A DNA stretch of 64,000 nucleotides from Camelus ferus (Eukaryota): NCBI RefSeq assembly GCF_009834535.1, contig NC_045696.1, positions 47,804,001-47,868,000 of the forward strand. Direction: 5' to 3'. This document shows positions 1 to 11,010 of this stretch, piece after piece; position 1 is the first letter of the stretch, and every line of letters begins with the position of its first letter. The notes under the pieces were generated by a model. The model did no database searches, was not told the DNA's origin, and saw only the letters and a list, made by a program, of their open reading frames with translations. A program made the translations under genes and the position numbers.

Positions 1-445
1 AGTCATTGGAAGGGAATGCAATCTGGAGGTAGCATTTCATTTCCCAAAGTGCCCCCCAATATTAGGTGTAAACATCAGAAAATGGAAATAGAACCAGATG
101 CCCCTACCCCTCACCTGGTCAAGGTTGCCTACCGGGCATTTAATAAGTGAAATATATAAGAGGAAAAGTCAGAGTATAAAAAGGCCTAAAGGCAAACCCA
201 CCTCCTGGCTGTTGCCCTCCAGTATTGACCATTCAGCACAGGAATCTGGCCTAATTGCCCACAGAGAGTCTCCACTCTGGTGAGTGATCCCTGAACCCCA
301 ACAAGGGATAGCAAACCAAGGAAACTAGGACCCAATCATTGTGCCATATGTAAATAAGAGGGATACTGAAAGGGAGAATGCCTTGAAAATGGAAGATTCT
401 GGTCACTACCCTCAAAGGCAGATGATCCAAATAGATGAAGAATGA

Positions 446-2960
446 TGGGGCCAGGGAGCTCCTAAGCTGGCACTCCAATTGACCCCTGAGGATCCCCAGC
501 TGACATTGGACATAGGGGAAAAGACTGTCAAATTCTTAATTGACACCAGTGTCACTTACTTGGTTCTAAACACCAGACGAGTCACAAAAAGTGTAAAATT
601 ATGGGGCTATCAGGGAAGGGCCAAGAACAGGCATTCATAGAGCAATCAGAATGTAAACTGAGTGAACATGCGCTCTCTCATTCCTTCCTTATGTCCCCAA
701 ATGCCCTATATCTCTGCTAGAAAGAGATATCTTGCATAAATTGGGGGCTACTATCCACCTAATGGGAAACAAATTGAAGACTGGCATCCCCTTAGACAAA
801 GGGGCCTAGATGATAATGTTAATGGCTGAGGAAAAACCTCCCTGGACAGAGCAGGTTGTTCTCCCTGGAATAAATCTTGAGTAAATCAGGGACAAGGGGG
901 ACAAGTTGTAGGGGCCAGTCCTGGGATGGTCCATCTAAAACCTGGACATAATGGCCCAATAGAAAACAATATCCTCTCCCTCGGGAGGCCTTGTTGGGTA
1001 TTGCCCCTGTTATACAGGCCTAACTAGCCAGGGCCTTATTAGACCATATCAGCCAGCCGGTAATCACCTCTTTCTCCCTGTAAAGAAACCCAATAGGGAA
1101 TACTAAATAGAATAGGACCTTAGGGCAGTCAGTGAAGCCACCTGGGATATATATCGAGTAGTCCCTAATCCTTATATCCTGCTGGCCACTCTACCAGCAG
1201 GTAACTACCCTCACTTACCACATAAAATCCAGGAGCAAGTATTGGTATATGGCTCCCAAAATACCTCAACACATGCTCTGTTCTCCACCACTGCCACCGT
1301 CATCTACTCACCTGGACTAATGTGAGGAACCTCCTCCTGGTAATCTGTATTAGATTTAAAAGATGCCTTCTTCTATATTCCATTAGCCCCAGAGTCACAA
1401 GAATTTTTTCTTTTGAGTGGCAGGATACAAACATGAAACACAAAAAAGCAACACTGCTGGACAGTCCTGTCCCAAGGGTTCAAAAATTCCCCCACCATCT
1501 TTGGGGAAACTTAAGCTAAAGACCCAAAAGATATACCTCTGGAGGAGGGAACCCTCCTCCCATATATAAACAACATTCTATTTGCCAGCCCTACCAATGA
1601 GGCCTCTAACAAAAATACTGTAACCACCTTAAACTAGCCCATAAAGGATATAAGGTGTCCAAGAAAGAAGCTTGAATATCATAAACTAGGGTGACCTGCC
1701 TAGGCTTCATTCTCATAAAAAGTCAAAGAAGTCTACTCCAGGAAAGGAAAGAAGTCATTTGCGGCTTCACATCTCCTAAAACTAGAAGACAGCTTAGGAG
1801 TTTCCTGGGGGTGGCTGGGTTTAGTCCCATCTGGATCCCTAACTATGGTCTAATAGCTAGACCTCTACATGAAAAATTGAAAAGAAAGGATGATGATCCT
1901 TTTGAATGGGATTCAGAATGTGAAGGGGTCTTTCAAGAATTGAAAAAGCAATTACTTCAGGCCCTGGCCCTCCCAGATTTAGCTAAACACTTTGACTTCA
2001 ACATTCACAAAAGGGAACTTCCCTTAGGGTATTAGCTCAAAAACAAGGATTCCTTACTCCAGTGGTTGCTTATTTCTGTAAACAATTCGGTGAAACTGCT
2101 AAGGGATGGCCTCCTTGCCTACGGGTAGTAGCAGCTACTACAACCCTGCTACAGGAGGCTGAAAATTTAATGTTTGATCAGTCAGTCACTATAGGTACTC
2201 CACACCAGGTTCAGGCTTTAGTAAGTTATAAGGGAACAGAACGGCTAACCCCCAGAAGATTGATTCAAGTTCAGTCTATGCTTTTTGACAACCCAGTGGC
2301 TACCATAAAAACCTGTCATATGCTAGATCCTGCCATCCTGCTACCCACAGGGCCCCTGGAGCATAACTACAGAAACCATAGACATGATCTATTCCAGTTG
2401 CCCCAACCTAGGAAGTGAGCCTCTCCCAAATGCCAAAGAAGAATGGTTGACAAATGGAATCAGTCTTACGAGAGAGAGAAAAAGGCTGGCAGGATACGCA
2501 GTGACCTCCCAGATCCCAAGTCACAGGAGCACAAAACCTACCCCCAGGGACTTCTGCCCAAAAGGCAGAACTGATAGCCCTCACCTGAGCCTTAGAGCAG
2601 GGGACAAGGAAGATCTGAAATGTTTACATGGATTCCTGGTATGCGTATGCCATCTTACATACACACAGGCTATTATTTATAAGGAAAAAGGTATGCTTAC
2701 TGCAGAGAATAAACAGGTGAAACATGGTTTAAGCATATTGAAGCTCTTAGACGCAATACAGCTTCCAAAAAAAGGTGGCATTAATTACTGCAGATGTCAC
2801 TAAAAGGGGAATGCTGAGGTAATAAAGAGAAACAACAAGGCGGGGACACAACTGCCAAAATGGCGCCCCTAGAAGCAGTAATTTGGCAACTACCCCACAT
2901 ACCTTGAAGGCCAGATTCATCCAGTTACTCCCCAATCTACACAAAGGAAGAATTAGACCT
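446..2960 (+). pseudogene. pol: ERV pro-pol remnant (protease, RT, RNase H), frameshifted
   Basis: Retroviral Pol motifs in several frames; ends at PIYTKEELD, which resembles the start of integrase. Confidence 0.9.
1200..1335 (+). repeat. 136-bp near-identical copy of 4164-4299 inserted in the ERV RT
   Basis: Direct comparison shows 3 mismatches over 136 bp and no gaps. Confidence 0.97.
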
Positions 2961-3225
2961 GCGACCATGAGCACAAGCAGCACAGCTGTGTCTGCCCTGT
3001 GAGAGCTCCGCCCCTTCCCCACTGCCAAGATCCCTATTAAGCAGCCCGCCCATGGGCTTTGCAGAGAGCATGTGCTATAGAGTGCAAGCTCACACCTCTC
3101 CAGTCTCTGATAAAAGAATAAAGCTTTTCTTTGCTTCTAAACCAAACTCGGTCTCATTCTATTGGCACAAATGACCTTGGGCAGAAGGACCCTTGCTGGA
3201 GACCGACTTGGGAGGGTAGGTAACA
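2961..3225 (+). mobile_element. Partial 3' LTR of the ERV (end of U3, R, U5)
   Basis: GC box-like ctccgcccc, TATA-like tattaa (~3036), AATAAA (~3117), ends in ...ggtaaca at 3225 followed by unrelated L2 sequence. Confidence 0.7.
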
Positions 3226-3239
3226 AAAGCAAAGCCAAA

Positions 3240-4790
3240 TAGAATATCCCCTGACCTTATAATCCCCTCCAGTTATTGTACAAATTGTCTTTTCTCCCTT
3301 AGGGTAAAACATTACAAAAACTTTCTACACACATTGTTTCTACTTCTTCACCTTCTATTAGCTTCTCACTCTGTGTCAGTCTCAACAATAACCTGAAAAT
3401 CCTACATGCTAAGGTTACCAATAACATCCACTTCTCTGACATCATCTTACTTGACCATGCAGAAGCACTGACACCACTGTATACTGTCTCATTGCTGAAT
3501 TACTCTCCTCTTAGCTTCCCTGACATCATTTTCTAGTCTGGCCACTCTATTTTAGTCTCCTTTGCCTGCTCCTCATCTGAATGCTAGAAATCCACCAGGA
3601 TCTCTTTTCTCCCTACACATTTTCTTTGGGTGATCTCATCTATTTATGTATATTTTAAGACCATCTATGCTGACAACTCACAAATTTATGTATCTTTTTC
3701 ACCCTCTGAGCCCCCATGATTGTATATCCAGCTACCCACTTGATATCTCTTAGCAATTTTACATGTTATCTTAATTTACCAAAATAACTCTTGATTTTTT
3801 TCCCCAGGGCATGGTAATTGAATGAGAAGACTAAGCTTGCAAATAGAACCCCAACAAAACAGGGGAAACCCCTGCCCCCAGATTTTTAAGAAATAAATTT
3901 AATATTTAATATTTTAAAATAAAACTATATAGGTAGTCATCAGGGTTGGAATTTGATTAGACATCTTCTCATTTATGTTATAACAGCATTGTTTTTATTT
4001 TGTATTATGTTTAGAGAAAAGAGGCAATCCAGTATTTTTACTGCATGAGACCTCTTAATCCTCCTAATCTGCCCTCACCCATGCCCGGTTTTCCACATTT
4101 CAGCAAACGCATCAGCACTGTCATCCATTTGGTTTCAAAGTTAGAAACCTGAATTTCATCCTCGGTAACTTCCCTCACTTACCACATAAAATCCAGGAGC
4201 AAGTATTGGTATATGGCTCCCAAAATACCTCAACACATGCTCTGTTCTCCACCACTGCCACCGCCATCTACTCACCTGGACTAATGCGAGGAACCTCCTT
4301 ACTGCATGTTCCACTCCATGCTTGCTCCCACCTAATACATTCTCCACTCAACAGGCAGAATGTCCTTTTAAAAATACAAAATATTACTCCCTCGATGATT
4401 TCTCATTGTTCTTCAATTGTAATTTCAACTCCATGCCATGGCTTTTAGGGCCCTGCTTGCTCTGGTCACTATACTTTTTACAACCACACCCGGACACCAG
4501 ATCACATTTCAGCCCTAGCTTGATCCTTCCCACCGTTTGGTCTCAACATTCTTCACTGACATCCTCTCAGAGAAATCATATAATTAGAATCTGCTCTCTA
4601 GTTTTCTACCACTTCACCCTGTTTGTTACCACAATTTATAATTTTTTATTTGTTTGTTTGCTTCCTCTTTAACTACCTCAATTAGACTATAAACTGACTA
4701 AGAGCAGCTGACTTGTCTGTTTTCTTTTCTCTGGATTTTCCTATGTCTGACACATAGCAAAGAATCAAAAAATTAATGATGAATTATGGA
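3240..4790 (+). mobile_element. Ancient LINE-2 (L2) 3' portion
   Basis: RT-like ctatgctgacaactcacaaatt (YADNSQI, ~3665), typical L2 ctcacctggacta..cctcct segment, and L2 3' end tagactataaact..gacacatag..gaat. Confidence 0.8.
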
Positions 4791-7700
4791 TTCTACCCAT
4801 AAGTTAACTGAAGGCTCAGCCAATCCTGTGACAACAGAAACAACTGAGCCATGACTTGTTTACTTTTGATCATGGGACCCAGTAAAGTCAAGCCTGTGGA
4901 CTGCTCTTAGTAAATGACAATGGAATGGATGAACAAATGAATGAGCAAGTGACTCTGGTCGTCTGTTTCCTAATCAATAAAATGAGGACAATCATATACA
5001 AGTTCACTCAAGCTATAAATTTCAAGACCCCTGAAAGTCTTAACAGACAAATTTTTAAATGACAGATGAGCTTTAGCCACAAGGCTGGATGCTGCTTTTA
5101 GAAGCTTCCTAACAAGTGTTGTCCTTAAAGTGCTGTAGATGGATTACCAGGAATTCAGTACAGCAAAGTCATCTTCCTGTCTTCATCCTGTTTGGAAAAC
5201 TGAGTGATATTTCATTATCTACTTTATATGAAAATGAGGGTAAAAAAAGAAAGTGGGGATGTTTGATCTCAATATGAAATTCACCAGTACTTTATAAAAA
5301 CTGATGAGATCAAGGTGTTTACAGTTTGTACTACGATCCAAAAGAACACTTAATAAAGCATCTATTGCAAAGTAAGTATTCAATAAATGGTAGTATATAT
5401 AAATTTTCTATATATATTGATATATACACCAAATTCACATGGTCTAAGACACAGGAGATATTTCAAACATAAAAATACGAAAATGTGGTGTTTTAAATCT
5501 TCTAGCCCAGTTCTGTCTGAAGAAGAAACATCACAGACAGTTTTAAAAAATAATTTAAAAGCACAGATTTGGCCTTCCTAAGTGTTCACACTTTCTGTTT
5601 TGCTATTCTGATGAAGATGGCATATTAAGGAGGGTGGGTAAGTTGACAAAATTCAATAAGACATTTAACAGCTTCTGATGTATTCTGACCCAGGGTTTCT
5701 CAGAATTAATATTCTAGCATCCATGGAATCTCGTATTAGGCTTTAGTAAATCTATTTGATATGATAAAATTCAATCACACACTAAATGCAGCATGGCATT
5801 TAGACTGTTAATTTCAGTACCTCTGTAAATGGTGGATATTTGCTCCAAATAACCTATCATATTGAATAAAAATTGTTTTCTAAGGCATTTTTCTCACTAG
5901 TGTCTACTGAATTAGTGGTCAAATATTAAACCATTAAAATCATCTATTAGAAGCTAGGAAGCATACAACCCAAGATGGAATAAACTTGGTAATCATTTTG
6001 ACAAGGGCGAAATTGAAGTAAGAGAGCTTGCTTAATCCACGGAACAAAATGTGAGGAAGTGTGATAAAGACACGGCCCTTCAGCACTGTGCTCCACCAAA
6101 TACTTGCGTCTTGGACTGACGAAATGGATCCACCATAAGCAACCTCACTCCATGTGGGGATCTGTAGTCAGCTAAGCTTTGAACAAGCTGGCACTCAGTC
6201 TCTACTTAGGCACAGGCACACAGTCTAAAATCTGCTCTTAGGCACAGATGCATTGGCATAAAATCTGTCTGTAAGCCCAGAAAGTGGGAATTTTGGCTAT
6301 AGTTACATAATATATCATTCCAACAAAGTGATTGAAACTGCATGAGGTGGGCAAATTTGATAAAATACAGCAGGCAGAGCAGGAAGAATTCAGACGTTGT
6401 TGGCAACAGATACAGAGTTTTAAGGAGAAAAAAAAATTCTTTGTGTGGAAATTTTCTGGAAGAATGTATACCAAACTATTAACATTAGTTATCTCTTAGA
6501 GAAATGATTATTGGAAATTTTTAAAGTATGTATTTCTATCATTTTTATTTTTAAAAAAACATTATATGATAAGGGAAAATGCAAATAATTGGAAAGCAAT
6601 AAAAAATGCCACCCCCCATAATCTATGCACCAGCAATCAATTCTCAGATCTTTACTTTCAGATCACTGGATGGGAAATCTGAATTTCTTCCTTTTGACTT
6701 CCACTTACAAGAAATATTATATTATTTCCCTCACTAATGTTAAAAGATCCCTTTACAGAGCAAACTTCCCACAAAGTAGATGTGCCTAATATTCAACGTT
6801 AGGCTGAATCGTGCATACAAAATAAAGACTTGTAGTTCATCTTCCATGAAACAGAATATGCCTTAAACCAAAAGTCCTAGGAGGACAAATGATTTTATTA
6901 ACTAAATTGTTTAGCTAATACCGGATGGTGCTTTTCACCTGCCACAGCAATTAAAACTGTCTCTAATAAAATACGATTGAGATAAATTATAGTCCTTTTT
7001 TCAGAGCTCATCAGAGAAGATCTAGTTTATAGCATTGACTATAACATGTTAAAAAAGTCTCTATTTGAAAGCTAATTCCATGATAAATTTTAATCATACG
7101 GATAGAACTAGCTTCAAAGCTATATTAATTATACATTAAAGCTCTATATACAAACTCGTACATTACAGCACAGCCAGAACATGTAAGATATAGTCCTGAA
7201 CCAAATTAAAATATGCCGATTTCCTCAGCAGTTATTTGCTTTTGATATACTGTAGTTATTTCAGTCCATTCTTTATAAACGTTCATTTACTGCTGTGCTT
7301 TCTCAGCCATTTTGCTTCCCTAGAGAGAACTACAGGCTTTGGTTGACTTCATGGCATGATTTTCTACTTTTTCAGATTACAAAGTAGATATTCATCCAAG
7401 ATAAATATCTTTACAATAGGGGTGAAAGTTGCTTGCAGGTTTCACCTCCTTATCCAAAGTCTGTCCACCCCACCCACTGCAGTTCCTAGTCTCATCCTCT
7501 TATTATTCTCTAGTTTTCATCCCTGTCATCAACACAGGTCAAGTCACTAGAGTCCCTGTAAGTACTGGCATACATTCCCTGTTTCAAAAACAGCCCAGAG
7601 CAGGAGTCTGTCAGCAAACTTACCAATCTTTGACAAGATAAGAAGCTTGTTTCATATTTAAATAAACATTCCATTCACCATCTAGAAAGTCTTGGTACCA

Positions 7701-7849
7701 AGAAAAGGTCAAGTGAATTGAATAGTGTGCTTAGTGTTGTCACTGAGTATTACATACATGTAATACCTTATGCAGTAAAAAATTCAAATGAAAATTTGTA
7801 TACTGAAAATTTAGCCTATTTCATTTCTTCTTTCCTTTGGTTTCCTAGT

Positions 7850-9700
7850 TTCATTCCCTGGAGGTAACTTGATCATTTTACAGGTATTCAATGCATATAA
7901 AAGCATACATGTGTAAAACAAATAACAACAAAAAAACAAGTACTGTACACCATATTTGTTATTTTACTTATCATATATTGGAAATTGTCCAAAATCAATA
8001 CACATAGAACAGATTCATTCTTTAAAAGGCTGCATAGAATCCCATGTCATACCTGTACATAATTTATTTAACCAGTGTCCTAATATAGATATTTATGCTG
8101 CTTCCAATCTTTTTGCTATTTCAAACAGTGCTATGACGTATATCCTTGTATGTTGGTCATTTAAGACATGGAATGTGTATCTGTGGATAAATTCCCAGAG
8201 TAGTATTGCAGGATCAAAGAATATGTGCATTTGTAATTATGATGAGATATTGCTAATTAGCCTTTACAGAGTTACACCAAATTATATACCTAATAGCAGT
8301 GTATTGGATACTTACTTTCTCACACCCCTTTCTACACAGTTTGCTGTGAAAATTCTTTTATCTTTGCCAAACTAACAAGGGGAAATAGCACTTCACTTTA
8401 GTTTTAATTTTAAGATTAATTTTTTCCTATTATGTATTAAGTGAATACCTTTTCATATGTTAAGACCCATTTATATTTCCTTTGTTACCAACTGTTTTTT
8501 ATCTTCTGTCCATTTCTTGTACAATTATTGGTCTTTTTCTCACATATTTGTTTATATATGCTGAGAAATACATCCTTTGGTCTATATCATGAGTTGCAGA
8601 CAAAATATTTTTCCATGGCTTTTCATTTGTGTTTTTTCCTTTGTTTATAATATTTAAGTGACAAGATAATTTTATTTCAATTTTATGTGGTCAAATTAGT
8701 CTATCTTTTCATTTAAGACTTCTGAGTTTTGGAAAAAAAAAAAAAAAGACTTCTGAGTTTTGGATTAAGCCTAGAAATGTCTTCCCAATCTTGAAATTTT
8801 ACACACACACATACACATACACAGCTGTGTGTATACATATATAATATTTATATAATATATTTGTATTTTTATTTTTCTATTTAAATACTTGAAACATTTG
8901 GAATTTGGGGGTAAGAAATGAGGTAAGAGTTCAAAAATAATTTTACTTTCCAGATTACTATCCAGTTGTCCCAATACCATTTATTAAATAATTAATCACT
9001 TACCCACTGATTTGCTATGCCATTCTTGCCATACACTAATATCCAAAATGTATTTGGGTTTACTTACAGACTTTCTTGTCTATTCCATTTATCTGCACGT
9101 CTATTCATGCATTATTATTAATTAATGCAATTACTATAATTCTATATTTTAAAATATGGAAGGGATTGTAAATTGTTACTTTTCTTTGCTCAGAATTTTC
9201 TTGAGTATTTTTTACTATTTTCCATGTATATCAATCTTTCCATTTCAAAATGCAAATGAACAAAGAAATAACAGTCTTAATGTATTTATTATATAGAATT
9301 AAGTTTATTACTTACATTAGTAAGAGGTGACATCTTTATAATATTGAATTTTTTTGTTTAAGGAAATGTATTTTTTCCTTGTTTGTATAGAGTTTGCATA
9401 TTTCTTGTTAAATTTATTTCTATAAAAATTTTTTGATATTGTAAATGTGATCTTTTCTTCCATTATATCTTCCTATTGGTTATTGTCTGTACTTACGAAA
9501 GCTGTTTGCTGTTGATTATTGTACTCAACCATTTATAAATTCCTTTACTGATTGTTACAATTTTTAGTTAATTCTTTTGTATATTCATGTAAACAAGTAT
9601 AAAATTTATAAATAACGAAAATTTTACATCCCTTTTCAAATGTATATGCCTCATTCTCTCCTCTTTAATTGTAGTGGCAAGTACCTTCCGAACCGTATTT
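7850..9700 (-). mobile_element. Old L1 (L1M-type) ORF2/3' fragment, antisense, resuming at ~11020-11270 after the U6/L1 insertion
   Basis: Antisense L1-typical phrases: ggataaattcccagagtag..attgcaggatcaaag, ccagttgtcccaataccatttatt, ttgttaaatttattt. Confidence 0.8.
8715..8764 (+). repeat. Poly(A)-only insertion flanked by a 19-bp direct repeat (TSD)
   Basis: aagacttctgagttttgga at 8715-8733 and 8746-8764 around an A15 run; preceded by ttt (TT|AAGA, L1 endonuclease-like site). Confidence 0.85.
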
Positions 9701-9717
9701 TAAAAAAGTAGTAACGA

Positions 9718-9822
9718 GTGCTCACTTGAGCAACACAAATACTAAAATTTGATTGATACAGAGATTAGCATGGCCCCTGAACAAGGATGACACAGAAATT
9801 TGTGATATATTCCATATGTTTT
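9718..9822 (+). pseudogene. RNU6: U6 snRNA retropseudogene (full length, diverged)
   Basis: gtgctcactt..atactaaaatt..gatacagag..attagcatggcccctg..caaggatgacac..aaatt..gtga..ttccatat matches U6 end to end. Confidence 0.95.
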
Positions 9823-11010
9823 CTCCTCAGGCATGGGAAACAAAAATAAAAATAAACAAAAGGGACTACATCAAACTAAGATTTTGCACAGCAAAGGAAA
9901 CCAGCAACAAAATGAAAGGGCAGCCTATTGAATGAGAGAAGATATTTAAGTATCAACTATATCCAATAAAGGGTTGATATCTAAACTATAGTAAGAATTC
10001 ATACAACTTAATATCAAAAAAACAAGCAACCTGATTAAGAAAATGTCTGAGTTGGGGGGTGGGTATAGCTCAGTGGTAGAGTGTGTGCTTAGCACACATG
10101 AGGTCCCGGGTTCAACCCCCAGTACCTTCATTTAAAAAAAAAAAAAGTCTGAATACACATTTTTCTACAGATGGCCAATAGACATGTGAAAAGATGCTCA
10201 ATATCACTAATCATCAGGGAAATGCAAATCAAAACCATAGTGAGCTACCACATCACACCTGTCAGAACGGCAATTATCAAAAAGACAAGAAACAGGTGTT
10301 GATATGGATGAGGTGAAAAGGAACCCTTGTTTGTGGGATTGTAAACTGGGGCAGTCACTACGGAAAACAGTATGAAGTTTCCTCGAAAAATTAAAAATAG
10401 AACTGTCATATGATCCAGCAATTTTACTTCTTGGTCTTTATCCAAAGAAACCAAAAATACTAATTTGAAAAGCTATATGCACCCTAGTGTTCAGCGTAGC
10501 ATTATTTACAATTGCCAAGATATGGAAGAAGCCATCAATAGATTAATGGATAAAGATTTGTTACATATATACAATGGAATACTACTCAGCCATAAAAAGA
10601 ATGAAATTTGTCATTTGTGACAACATAATGGATCTAAAAAGTAGTATGCTAAGTGAAATACGTAAGACAGAGAAGGACAAACACTGAATGATTTCACTTG
10701 TGTGTGGAGTCTATAAAACAAAACAAACAAAACAAAATGAAAAAAGACTCAGAGAACAAACTGGTGGTTACTGGGAGGTGGGAGGCAAAATAGGTGAAGG
10801 GATTATAAAATAAGCCAGGAGGATGTACTATGCAACATAAAGAATATGGTCAATAATATCATAATAACTTTGTATGAGGACAGATGGTTACTAGATTTCT
10901 CATGATGATCATTTCATAATGTACACAAATGTCAAATCACTATGTAGTATACCTGGAATTACCGTATTACTCTGTATCAACTATACTTCAATTTAAAAAA
11001 AAAAAGAAAA
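9823..11010 (+). mobile_element. 5'-truncated L1 (ORF2 3' end, 3' UTR, poly(A)) fused directly to U6
   Basis: gactacatcaaact..gcacagcaaaggaaacc, atggaatactactcagccataaaaag, ending ctatacttcaattt-A tail; imperfect TSD aaaaa(g)tagtaac on both sides of the U6+L1 unit. Confidence 0.92.
10053..10146 (+). mobile_element. tRNA-derived SINE (camelid vic-1-like), short form
   Basis: A box tagctcagtgg, B box ggttcaacccc, poly(A) tail, imperfect TSD aaaa(t)gtctga. Confidence 0.9.

Larger units (their letters stand above)
1..3225 (+). mobile_element. Decayed class I (gammaretrovirus-like) endogenous retrovirus: gag 3' end, pro, RT, RNase H, start of integrase, then a partial 3' LTR; 5' part lies outside the window
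   Basis: Capsid motif FISQSAPNIR (~36-70); degenerate CCHC knuckle CAICK*EGY*KGEC (~339-382); gag/pol junction EE*WGQG with TGA at 443-445; protease FLIDTSV (~533); RT motifs SVLDLKDAFF (~1344) and TLLPYINN (1551-1574); ORF track 1691-2035 (RQLRSFLGVAGF..WIPNY), 2062-2418 (VAYF..GWPPCLR) and 2384-2803 (RNase H WLTNG..AGYAV). Many stops and frameshifts. Confidence 0.95.

Noticed and set aside
9718..9822. Functional U6 gene
   Set aside because: Many substitutions, a damaged ACAGAGA region, fusion to L1, and upstream L1 sequence instead of a PSE/TATA promoter.
10053..10130. tRNA-like sequences here and at 15157, 38141, 44952 and 52123
   Set aside because: They have A tails and TSDs, so they are SINEs rather than tRNA genes.
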